Of a stretch of 45,038 nt of DNA, positions 16,905 through 26,200 are shown in pieces. This DNA comes from Candidatus Peribacteria bacterium (GTDB taxonomy: Bacteria; Patescibacteriota; Gracilibacteria; Peribacterales; Peribacteraceae). Every line of letters starts with the position of its first letter. Within the stretch, counting starts at the first letter, position 1. Location: the NCBI GenBank assembly GCA_009691305.1, contig SICS01000002.1, positions 1-45,038 of the forward strand. Reading direction: 5' to 3'. A program made the translations under genes and the position numbers. The notes under the pieces were generated by a model. The model was not told the DNA's origin. It saw only the letters and a list, made by a program, of their open reading frames with translations, and ran no database searches.

Positions 16905-18270
16905 TCTTTTCCAGTTCGCCGTCCTCTTCATCACGCTGTACCTGGGCATGCAGTTGCTGTTCGGTGTGTTCTTCCCGTCGCAAAACCAGCCGCAACAGAC
17001 GGCGGGCCCGCGCCTGACTGCGAGCTCCAGTTTCATGATCGGGAACCACCCCATCGTCACGCTCGAAAACAGGCCGAGTGGCTCACAGTCTTTTGGCGTC
17101 GGTGGATGGGTGCAATCGAAGTGGTGCTCTGCTCAGAGGTTCTTTACGGGGATGCCCACTGCCCATGAATGCGCAGCGAAAGCGGTCGCCTACACTGGTA
17201 CGCCACTCACTCTGGAAAACCGCTGCCCACAGCCATCATTTGATGTCTTCACCGTGCAGGATGCCGGCGCGCCGGGAGAGAAGGTCACCCCCGTCACCTC
17301 CGCCGACCTCGCCGTTCCGTGCGACCCCATCGCCACATTCGGTCCCGGCGAGAGTATCCCCATCAGCCTCGCACCGTGGAAGTATTCGCTGTTCGAAAAA
17401 GTTGGCGTCTACGAAGTGCGCATCCCGGGCGCGGCCGTCGCCACATCTGGATCCGGCGCAGCAGTCGCCTCCGCGACCAGCGTGCGTTTCGCGATCGCCG
17501 AGCCGGGTATTTTCACGAAGGTTTTCCGCACGTTCATCTCCGCGCCGTTCCTCAACTTCCTCATCTTCATCGCATCGCACTCGCCCGGCTACAACCTGGG
17601 AATCGCCATCATTTTACTGACACTCGCGGTGAAAATTTTGCTCTTCTTCCCCACCCAGCACGCACTCGAAGGACAGAAGAAAATGCAGATGCTGCAGCCA
17701 AAAATTGCGGCCCTCAAATCCAAGTACGGTGACGATGCCAAGCGCATCCAGGAGGAGACCATGAAGCTCTGGAAGGAGCACAAGATCAACCCGTTCCAGA
17801 GTTGTCTGCCCATGGTCATCCAGTTTCCGGTTCTCATCGGGCTCTTCTACGTGATCCGCGACGGCAGCAACCTCGCGCTCTCGCACCACCTCATCTACGG
17901 GCCCTACCAAAATCTCTCGTGGCACTTCGGCACAAACTTCCTTGGCCTCGATCTCCTCACGCCCAATATTATTGTCATGCCTGCTCTTCTGGTCGCGATG
18001 CAGTTCTTCCAGATGAAGCTCACATTCAGCATCCAGAAGCGGAAAAAGGATAAGCAAGATGTCATTGATGTTGCCGCTGACGGTAAGCCTGTAAAAGAAG
18101 CCGCGTCGCCCGAAGACCTCCAGCAGAAGATGATGCTCTACGGATTACCGTTGATGATCGGATTCTTCGCACTCCAATTCCCCGCGGCTGTCGCGGTCTA
18201 CTGGGGCGTTTCTACACTCTTCGCTATTGGGCAGCAGGTGATTGTGAATCGAGAGCATTTGCGTGTGTAA
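16879..18270 (+). CDS. yidC: membrane protein insertase YidC
   Basis: Conserved core LLTLAVKILLFFPTQHALEGQKKMQMLQPKIAALKSKYGDDAKRIQEETMKLWKEHKINPFQSCLPMVIQFPVLIGLFYV. ATG 16879 chosen (MPEALKRNNLF...); it overlaps the rnpA end. Confidence 0.9.
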   Translation: MPEALKRNNLFQFAVLFITLYLGMQLLFGVFFPSQNQPQQTAGPRLTASSSFMIGNHPIVTLENRPSGSQSFGVGGWVQSKWCSAQRFFTGMPTAHECAAKAVAYTGTPLTLENRCPQPSFDVFTVQDAGAPGEKVTPVTSADLAVPCDPIATFGPGESIPISLAPWKYSLFEKVGVYEVRIPGAAVATSGSGAAVASATSVRFAIAEPGIFTKVFRTFISAPFLNFLIFIASHSPGYNLGIAIILLTLAVKILLFFPTQHALEGQKKMQMLQPKIAALKSKYGDDAKRIQEETMKLWKEHKINPFQSCLPMVIQFPVLIGLFYVIRDGSNLALSHHLIYGPYQNLSWHFGTNFLGLDLLTPNIIVMPALLVAMQFFQMKLTFSIQKRKKDKQDVIDVAADGKPVKEAASPEDLQQKMMLYGLPLMIGFFALQFPAAVAVYWGVSTLFAIGQQVIVNREHLRV

Positions 18271-18284
18271 AACCGGATTGCGGA

Positions 18285-18686
18285 TTACGAATTTCGGAAG
18301 CTTGGTCGGGCAGAAAGATATCGAATAAAGCCGCCAATCATACGCCCCAGTTTTTCTGTCAGCTCCTTGAGCTTTCGGAATGTTTCTTGATCAATGTATT
18401 GCTCATCTAGCGCATCATAAAGTTGTGCACGAACTTCGCCCGCAGATCGTTTTGCATATCCGAGAAATTGAATGAATTCAGGGTTTGTTTGTGCTTCAGC
18501 ACCTTCAGCTACGTTGTACATAATAGATCGTGCAGCACGTGTGATTTGATCAATGAATGTAAAATCTTTACGCACGTTTGGATGCCTGCAGATGGAACGC
18601 ACTTCGCGTACCAACAGCCTGGCTTCTTGCCAAATTTCCATGTCCTCGAACTTGTGAGAAGGCGTCATGAGCCCATTGTGAAGCAT
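18285..18686 (-). CDS. four-helix-bundle protein (23S rRNA intervening-sequence protein family, TIGR02436/PF05635; Avd-like)
   Basis: FEDMEIWQEARLLVREV ... QITRAARSIMYNVAEGAEAQTNPEFIQFLGYAKRSAGEVRAQLYDA matches the family pattern. The last codons (RPSFRNS) are encoded by the heptamer array. Alternative start at ATG 18668. Confidence 0.85.
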   Translation of the reverse strand: MLHNGLMTPSHKFEDMEIWQEARLLVREVRSICRHPNVRKDFTFIDQITRAARSIMYNVAEGAEAQTNPEFIQFLGYAKRSAGEVRAQLYDALDEQYIDQETFRKLKELTEKLGRMIGGFIRYLSARPSFRNS

Positions 18687-18764
18687 GAAATTTCATTGAA
18701 TAGTCTCTTAAAAAAGATTCTTGTCCGTGTGCCATATTCTTGGCTATCTGATGTGGTAAATTCA

Positions 18765-18786
18765 GTTCCACTACCCTGTGGAACAT
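18765..18786. promoter_or_regulatory. GTTCCAC-N6-GTGGAAC palindrome upstream of 4HB gene 1
   Basis: GTTCCACTACCCTGTGGAACAT, about 80 nt upstream of the 4HB start. Related 22-mers occur at 34899-34920 and 39199-39220. Confidence 0.55.
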
Positions 18787-18830
18787 CCCGCAATCCGCCA
18801 TCCGAAATCCGCAATCCGCAATTATTCCTT

Positions 18831-19901
18831 TTAGGCGACTGTCACCTCCTTGCATAGGTACACGTCCTGTATTGCGTTGAGGATCTCCACCCCCTCTTCC
18901 ATTGGCTTCTGGAAGGCCTTCCTACCCGAGATCAACCCTGCGCCGCCGGCGCGCTTGTTGATCACGGCGGTCATCACGGCCTGCTGCAGATCGTTGTCGC
19001 CGCTGGCCCCCCCACTGTTGATCATGCCGATGCGTCCCATGTAGCAGTTAGCCACCTGGTAGCGGCACAAATCGATGGGGTGGTCGCTGCTCAAATTCTC
19101 GTACATGCGCTTGTCTAATTTCCCGTACGAGCTGTCCCCGGTGTTGAGCGCTTTGAACCCGCCGTTCACCTCGGGAAGTTTCTGTTTGATGATGTCCGCC
19201 TCGAGCGTCACGCCCAAGTGGTTCGCCTGCCCCGTGAGGTCCGCGGCAAGGTGGTAATCGACCCCGTCTTTCTTGAATGCGGAGTTGCGGACGTAGCACC
19301 ACAAAACCGTGAAGAGCCCTAGCTGATGCGCCTTTGCGAATGCCTGCCCCACCTCCACAATCTGCCGTCCGGACTCGTTCGACCCGAAGTAAATCGTCGC
19401 GCCGACGCCCGCCGCGCCCATGTCCGCGGCTTGTTCGACGGTCGAAAACATTACCTGGTCGAACTTGTTCGGGTAGGTCATCAACTCGTTGTGGTTGAGC
19501 TTCACGATGAAGGGGATTTTCGATGCGTATTTCTTCGAAACAATGCCGAGCGCGCCCACCGTCGAGGCCACCGCATTGCATCCGCCCTTCACCGCGAGTT
19601 GCACCAAATTCTCCGGGTCAAAGTAGTCGGGATTTTTCGCAAATGACGCTCCAGCCGAGTGCTCAATCCCCTGGTCGACCGGCAAAATCGAGAGGTAGCC
19701 TGTGCCCTTTAAACGGCCGTGGTTGTAGAGCGACTTCAAATTGTCGATAACCTTTTTTGACCTGTCTGAAGCCGAAAAAACCTCTTCCACCGTTTTCATA
19801 CTGGGGAGATGGAGCTTCTCTTTGGCGATCGTTTTTGATGCGTGATTCAGGAGGCTGTCGGCTTTGTCTCCCAGGAGAGTGCGGATGTCGGCGTAGTTCA
19901 T
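18831..19901 (-). CDS. fbaB: class I fructose-bisphosphate aldolase (FbaB/DhnA family)
   Basis: Collinear with E. coli FbaB as I recall it: [97 protein letters not shown]. Start taken at MNYADIRT (19901). Confidence 0.93.
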   Translation of the reverse strand: MNYADIRTLLGDKADSLLNHASKTIAKEKLHLPSMKTVEEVFSASDRSKKVIDNLKSLYNHGRLKGTGYLSILPVDQGIEHSAGASFAKNPDYFDPENLVQLAVKGGCNAVASTVGALGIVSKKYASKIPFIVKLNHNELMTYPNKFDQVMFSTVEQAADMGAAGVGATIYFGSNESGRQIVEVGQAFAKAHQLGLFTVLWCYVRNSAFKKDGVDYHLAADLTGQANHLGVTLEADIIKQKLPEVNGGFKALNTGDSSYGKLDKRMYENLSSDHPIDLCRYQVANCYMGRIGMINSGGASGDNDLQQAVMTAVINKRAGGAGLISGRKAFQKPMEEGVEILNAIQDVYLCKEVTVA

Positions 19902-20348
19902 GAAAAAAGGGGAATGCCTCCACAGTAGCATGTCACTTTCCCCTCGTCATTGGCCCTTACAGTGAATCTGCAATTCTCCTCAATCGGATGACAATGGAGT
20001 CCTCTCCTGGAAGGTCCACAATTTCAGCCTCTTCGCGCAGTGTGCTCCCGATCAGCGTGTGGTACAGCTGGCACCTGTTGGCGTTCGAATTCCGTTGCAA
20101 GATCGACGATTGCGTCATGCCCTCGCATGATGTCTTTTTTGTGGATTTCGCTGATAAGTCCGCGAACGACGTTTGCCTGATTTGCAGGAGAGAGTTGATC
20201 CATCCGCTTGATTGTATGCCGCTTCAAAATTTGACGCAATATCAAAATATTCTATTGTATTAATATGAAGAATTACTTACAATACAATCATCCTGAATGA
20301 AATTGGCATAGTTTTGCCAATCAGGATGTTCCTCAAGAGGAGGTACGT

Positions 20349-20531
20349 ATGAAACGAGAGCGAGGACGTTCTCCCGCACCCACAGCGGCACTCTGCAGGC
20401 TCGAGAAGGCAATTCTTCTCCTGCAGAATCGTGGAATTCCCGAGCAAGGCATTGATGCCTACATTCGGGGGCAAATTCTGCTCGACATCGCTCGCGCACG
20501 CGAGCGGCGTCAACAGCCGAGTCTCAATTGA
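20349..20531 (+). CDS. small hypothetical protein (60 aa)
   Basis: Strong SD (GAGGAGG) 5 nt before ATG 20349. Hairpin plus T-run terminator downstream and palindromes upstream. No family recognised. Confidence 0.35.
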   Translation: MKRERGRSPAPTAALCRLEKAILLLQNRGIPEQGIDAYIRGQILLDIARARERRQQPSLN

Positions 20532-20542
20532 CTCGGCAAAAA

Positions 20543-20585
20543 CCGGCAAGTACGCCTCAAAAAGGAAGCCTTGCCGGGCTTTTTG
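20543..20585. terminator. hairpin with flanking A/T runs (possible bidirectional terminator)
   Basis: AAAAACCGGCAAG ... CTTGCCGGGCTTTTT. Confidence 0.45.
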
Positions 20586-20703
20586 ACGTGAAAAGCCATT
20601 TTCTTTTCGGTTAGACCATGCGAAAATTCTCGGGAGTCTACCGATATTGGCCGTCAATGGGATGGCCGAGTTGGTGGATAAATCTCCTCATGGAGGACAC
20701 ATC

Positions 20704-20910
20704 ATGTTGGTGCTGACTCGAAAAGTCGGTGAGTCCATTGTTATCGCTGATGACATTGTAGTCACCATTCTCAGCGTCGAGGGTACCGGACGGGGGCAGC
20801 GCGTGCGCCTCGGCATCACTGCCCCACGGGCAGTCCCCGTCGACAGGGCAGAGGTCCATCGTCGGCGCAGGAATGCGCCGGTCGCCCCGCCAGCAAAAAG
20901 AACGTCCTAA
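20704..20910 (+). CDS. csrA: carbon storage regulator CsrA
   Basis: [47 protein letters not shown] matches the CsrA family. SD GGAGGA lies upstream of ATG 20704 (the track ORF starts earlier, at 20647). Confidence 0.88.
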   Translation: MLVLTRKVGESIVIADDIVVTILSVEGTGRGQRVRLGITAPRAVPVDRAEVHRRRRNAPVAPPAKRTS

Positions 20911-20924
20911 AGGACGTCACAAAG

Positions 20925-20955
20925 AGGCCAGCACCGTGCTGGCCTTCTTTATTTT
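20925..20955 (+). terminator. rho-independent terminator after csrA
   Basis: AGGCCAGCAC / GTGCTGGCCT stem followed by TCTTTATTTT. Confidence 0.6.
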
Positions 20956-21007
20956 GAATCTCTTCTTATTCTTCTCAATCCTCTTTTTCCTCTCTATCCT
21001 TTGGTCC

Positions 21008-22462
21008 ATGTCCCTCTCCCTGTACAACACGCTTTCCAAAAAGGAAGAAGTCTTCGACTCCATTCAGGGGAAAAGTATAACAATGTATACCTGCGGACCC
21101 ACGGTCTACGGCCGGCCACATATCGGAAACTACTCGTCGTTCCTCATGGCCGACTTCTTGCGGCGATGGTTGGAGGTGAGCGGGTACGCAGTGAAGCATG
21201 TAAAGAACATCACCGACGTCGGGCACCTCCTTCATGATGCCGACCACGGTGACGACAAGATCCAGAAGGAGGCGGAGAAGGAGAAGATGCATCCGCTCGA
21301 GATCGCCAAGCGGTACACCGAGCACTATCTCGAGGATGAAAAGGCATTGAACATGCTCGAGCCGTTGGCGCGACCGCGTGCGAGCGAATATGTCCCGCAA
21401 ATGCTCACGATCATCAAGACGCTGCTGGAGAAGGGGAATGCCTACGAGACGGAAGACGGCATCTATTTCGCAGTGCTCACTTTTCCGCAGTACGGAGCCC
21501 TTTCTGGCAATACTTTGGCCAACCTGAATGCCGGTGCGCGCATTCATGTGGATGAGAACAAGAAGCACCCGGCCGATTTCGCGCTCTGGAAAAAATGCGT
21601 TGGCGACAATGGTCGCCATGTCCTGCGCTGGAAATTCTCAACAGGGGAGTTGAGCCACACCGAAGGGGAGGATGTGATGAGCGGGTTTCCTGGATGGCAC
21701 ATCGAATGCTCCGCGATGAGTTCCTCCCTCCTTGGGCAGCAGATTGATCTGCACACAGGCGGTGAAGATAATATTTTCCCGCATCACGAATGCGAAATCG
21801 CACAGAGTGAGGCGTCGACAGGGAAACAGTTCGTCCGTTTCTGGCTCCATAAAAGGAGGATCGATCTCGGTGAGGCGAAGATGTCAAAGAGTCTTGGCAA
21901 CGTTTTGACGGTCCCCGATATCGTCGCGAAGGGGTACTCGCCACTCGATCTTCGGTACTACCTACTCTCCGTGCACTACCGGACAAATTTGAAGTTCGCG
22001 TGGAAGGGGATAGATGACGCGCGCAAAGCGCGGACGAAAATCGTCGAGTGGATCGACGAGATCAAAAAGATGTCTGCGAAAGAGGGGACTGACCACCTCA
22101 AAGAGATCGCTGTGTTTATCGACGACTTCACAGCAGCTCTGAATGCAGATCTCAATACTCCTGCAGCCCTAGCTAAAATCTTTGATGTCATGTCGTGGTC
22201 TCGGAACCAATCGCTGTCGAAAAGTTCGCTCAGTGTCCTGCAGTTGTTCACCACACAGATCGAAAAAACATTCGGCTGCTTCAAACCCGGACCCGAGCCC
22301 GAGCCCGTGCCCGCGAACGTCCAACAGCTTGTCGACCAACGGAAGGCCGCCCGAGACGGGAAGGATTTTAAAGAATCCGACCGTCTGCGCGACGCCATCA
22401 AGGATGCAGGCTTCGACGTGAAGGACAGTGCCACCGGGCAGAGCGTCCGGAAGGCCTTTTGA
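21008..22462 (+). CDS. cysS: cysteine--tRNA ligase
   Basis: MYTCGPTVYGRPHIGN (HIGH), KMSKSLGN (KMSKS) and Zn-binding region GWHIECSAM. Start at MSLSLYNTL (21008); the upstream part of the track ORF is rejected. Confidence 0.95.
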   Translation: MSLSLYNTLSKKEEVFDSIQGKSITMYTCGPTVYGRPHIGNYSSFLMADFLRRWLEVSGYAVKHVKNITDVGHLLHDADHGDDKIQKEAEKEKMHPLEIAKRYTEHYLEDEKALNMLEPLARPRASEYVPQMLTIIKTLLEKGNAYETEDGIYFAVLTFPQYGALSGNTLANLNAGARIHVDENKKHPADFALWKKCVGDNGRHVLRWKFSTGELSHTEGEDVMSGFPGWHIECSAMSSSLLGQQIDLHTGGEDNIFPHHECEIAQSEASTGKQFVRFWLHKRRIDLGEAKMSKSLGNVLTVPDIVAKGYSPLDLRYYLLSVHYRTNLKFAWKGIDDARKARTKIVEWIDEIKKMSAKEGTDHLKEIAVFIDDFTAALNADLNTPAALAKIFDVMSWSRNQSLSKSSLSVLQLFTTQIEKTFGCFKPGPEPEPVPANVQQLVDQRKAARDGKDFKESDRLRDAIKDAGFDVKDSATGQSVRKAF

Positions 22463-23257
22463 GCCTTTTTGTACACTTTCCTTGGCACAGAGGGGCTAAA
22501 AGGGCCACTTTCGTCATTAAATCTTGTCGTTATTGTCACTTTGCACTAGGAAAATAAGTCCGCTTTCGCTTCTGACTGGCCTTAATGTCCTCATAACGTT
22601 CAACAGGGACGTTTTAGGGGTATTTCGGGGTAATTCTGTGAAGTTCAATAGACCTTTTGGTAACTGTATTTCACGTCCCTTGGGGCATAGCGAACCGAAA
22701 AACCCTTTTTGCAACAGCATTTGACCCCTGCATTCGAGGGTACCGACCCCACTTTCCTACCGGAAATTCTTTAGAGAAACGCTGTATAAACTCGTTATAC
22801 ATGCCGGAAATGGCTGCTCGATCTTTGGGGCCTGCGTAACAGAACCCCCTCCCGGGCGTTATCTGCACTGCCACCTCTTATGGGTCAGAGGCTTGATTCC
22901 TACGCGTTCTGTTCGGTAGGATCCCGCTGATCCGCACTCAATACGAAGTATGGGAGCGTGGTCGGCGCGTACGTGATCTTTTACATATCGGCCCCTGCCT
23001 CCCTCGGGATGACAGGTCTCATCACATCGCACTCCTTATATAGGCGTGATGGTCGTGCTTCGAAAAGGTTCCGGTTGTACTGAACCCCCATGGTGGGGGA
23101 TTTCTGCTGTTCACGAGAAGAGTGAACAACGTATCGGGTTTGTTTCATCTCTTTATATTTAAGGAGGAGGGTGCCCATTTATTGCGGCACCCGTTCCCAA
23201 CGCAATCACGGTGCGTGTTACAACTGGTTTTTTATTTCTTCTTTTACTTCCTTTCTT

Positions 23258-26200
23258 ATGGACATTTCTCGTTTTAAGAAAGTCCTCGCAGGTGTGTCGG
23301 CCACGGCGATCATGCTGACCCAGATGGGTACGGCGATCGCTGCGTACTCCGACGTTGCCTCCGGGGTCTGGTTCGAGGAAGCCGTCAACGCTTTCACAAG
23401 CGACGGTATCCTCGACAAGAGCCAACCTCGCTTCCGCGGCGGCGAAAACGCCAACCGCGCGGAGTACGTGAAGCTCCTCGTCATGCTGAACGGTGGTCTC
23501 CTCTCCACACCGCCAGCCGTAGCTAGCTTCGATGACGTTAAGTCGTCGGCCTGGTTCTACGCATACATGGAGGAAGCGGGCAAGGAACAGTGGGTCCGCG
23601 GCGACGGCAACTGCTACGGCAGCCATCCGTGCTACGCACGCCCAGGCGCAAACATTAACCGCGCCGAGGCTGCAGCCCTCATTGTCCGCGCCTTCGGCCT
23701 CGAGGCCACAGGCGCAGCTCCTCAATTCGTCGATAACCCGTCCGGCCAGTGGTACACCGAGTCTATCCAGACTGCGGCTGATCACTGCGTCCTCCAGGGC
23801 GACGATTCCACCGGCCGTGTTCGTCCCAGCGACAACATGAACCGCGCGGAAATGGTTGTCATGCTCTACCGCGTTGACCAGGGTCTCACCTACGGTACCG
23901 ATTGTGGTATGGGTGGTCCGTCTGCCAGCGCAGGTATCAGCGGCGCCAAGGCTACGAGTTCTTCCATGGTCGAAGTTGAGTTCAACACGTCTATGGACAA
24001 GATGTCCGCCGAGACCGCCAGTCACTACGCTGTGACCGGCGCAAGCCCGGCCGTTTCCGTTTCGTCCGCAAAGCTCGTCTCCAGCGACACGGTTGAGCTC
24101 ACGCTCTCCGGCCAGCTTTCCGGCGGCAACGAGTACACGGTGACCGCAACCGACGTAAAAGCGTCGGACGGCACGGTTTTCTCCGATTCCACGTCCTTTA
24201 ATGGCTACACGGCTCTTCCGACGAGCAACAGCACCCTTCAGGTTGCTCTCTCGTCCAAGAACCCCGTTGGCGACACCCTCCCGCAGGGAGCGGTTGGCGT
24301 CACGATGGCTTCCATGGATATCACCGCTTCTTGCGATGATGCCGCTGCCATCACTGACCTGACCATCCTTCACGAGGGCTTCGGTGCAAACACGGACATC
24401 GATGGCGTTTACGCCACGGTGAACGGCGCACGCATCAGCCGCAAGCGCACGATCGACAGCAAGGACCAGACGGCGACCGTCCACTTGAGCACTCCTTTGG
24501 AGATCGCTGCATGCAAGACCGTCACTGTCGACATCACTGCCGATTTCAGCTCCACGGCTATCACGTCGGCTGAGCACAACTTGGCCGTCGAACTTCCGTC
24601 GGACGTTTTGTCCAACGCGAAGCAGGTCACCGGTAACTTCCCCCTCCGCGGAAGCACGTTCAAAGTGGCAGCTGTCCGCAGCGGCCGCGTGAGCATTGCT
24701 TACCGCACCGTTTCCCCGACGGAAGTCGAAGTCGGGAACAAGGGTGTTGTCGTCGGCAAGTTCGAAGTGTCCACCGATTCTACGGAGGACCAGACGATCT
24801 ACTCGATGACCGTCGAGCAGAACGGCACCATCCACGATGGTGATATGTCCAACATGAAGATCCGCCGCAGCGACGGCACCGTCCTCAGCAACACTGTTGA
24901 GTCCACGGTTGGCGACTTCGCCACATTCGTCTTTGACCCGCCATTCACGATCCTGGAAGGCGACAAGATGAACATGGATATCATTGCAGATATCAATGGT
25001 GGTGCAGGCGACACGATCAAGATCCACTTTGAAGAGACGTCGGATATCTTTGCCGTCGGTTCCCTCTACGGGTACGGCGTCAACGGCCAGCTCTACGGTT
25101 CGCGCATTGCGCTCGCCACGGAGACGACCACCCTCCCGGCAACCGTTACGGTTGACGCTGGAGAGTTCACCGTCGAAATCGACGGTCCGACACAGCAGAG
25201 TTACACCCGCGATCAGAACGAGGCAGTCCTCGCAAACGTGATCTTCACCACTGGTGGTGAGCGTATCAACGTTCGCAAGCTGTTCGTTCTCGTCCAGGGC
25301 GCCACGTCTTCCGGCGGCACCTTGAACAGCAACGGTGGCACTTCATACGATGACATCAGCGAAGTCCTGGAGAACGTCCAGCTCCGCAACAAGGCAACTG
25401 GTCGCAGCATCGACGGCGTCCGTATCACGGATACTGGCGCATCCGGCCAGACCTCCTCAGTCGGTACGTACCAGATCTACCGTTTCGATGACTTCACGAT
25501 CAACGGTAAAGAGACCTACGAGATCCGCGTCGACTTCATCGACAACGGCACAGGTAACAACCCGAAGGGTGGCGACACCTTCCGCGTCCACATCTGTGGC
25601 GAGCCGACGGAGATCAGCAGCGTGGCGAACACCACGGGTTGCGCATTCGGCGGCCACTTGTCTTCGACCATCACCTCTTTCCAGATGCAGATTGAAGGGC
25701 TCTCGACTGGCGACAAAGTCAGCGATGTCCGCCCCCGCGGCACGATCACCGGTAACTCGCAGCGCATCGCCGACGCGAGCCTGACGATCGCCGTCCGCGC
25801 TACGGGCACGTCCGACACCGCTGTCAAGAACAGCAAGAACATCAACATGGTGCGATTTGAGACGCGCGCTGGTGAGGCAAAGGACATTCTTCTCACCAAG
25901 CTCATCTTCAACTCCGCTACCGGTGTAACCGTCCTCCAGAGCGGCCAGAACTACACTCTGTGGGTCGACACCGACGGCGATGGCAAAGTCGACACCGTCC
26001 TCCAGAAGGGCGTTACCTCCCAGGCGAGCAAGATCACCTTTAGTGAGCTCACGGGCGGCGGCTTCGTCATCCCGAAGGAGAAGACAGTCGTCTTCGAACT
26101 TCACTCTGATATCGCCGCCTCGTTGCCGAGCGATGAAATCCAGCTCAAGTTCTCCACCGCCGACACGTTCGTCGAGGCGGAGACTGTTGATCGCGGCAGC

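Larger units (their letters stand above)
18273..18823 (-). mobile_element. four-helix-bundle gene cassette 1, bounded by inverted CGGATTN heptamer arrays
   Basis: Left end CGGATTG-CGGATTA-CGAATTT-CGGAAG (18274-18300). Right end, read on the minus strand, CGGATTG-CGGATTT-CGGATGG-CGGATTG (18791-18818). The interior is AT-richer and holds the 4HB gene plus palindrome 18765-18786. The cassette fills the yidC-fbaB intergenic gap. Confidence 0.6.

Noticed and set aside
20024-20499. Two small minus-strand ORFs (20024-20245 and 20260-20499) as a toxin-antitoxin pair.
   Set aside because: No recognisable toxin or antitoxin motifs, a non-ATG or weak start, and no SD. They overlap the better-supported plus-strand small ORF with its strong SD and terminator. 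The region is left as poorly coding.
20911-21007. T-box or other riboswitch leader upstream of cysS.
   Set aside because: Only about 97 nt are available and most of it is the csrA terminator plus a pyrimidine-rich tract. That is too short, and it lacks specifier or T-box elements.
23159-25027. 622-aa ORF antisense to the S-layer gene. Similar long shadow ORFs occur at 35796-37529, 38160-39020, 6226-7002, 9086-9808, 14642-15757, 30148-31143, 31455-32294 and 32320-33228.
   Set aside because: Each lies opposite or out of frame to a gene with clear family motifs. Their translations are Arg/Gly/Ala/Asp-rich low-complexity sequence of the kind expected from stop-poor alternative frames in GC-rich DNA.
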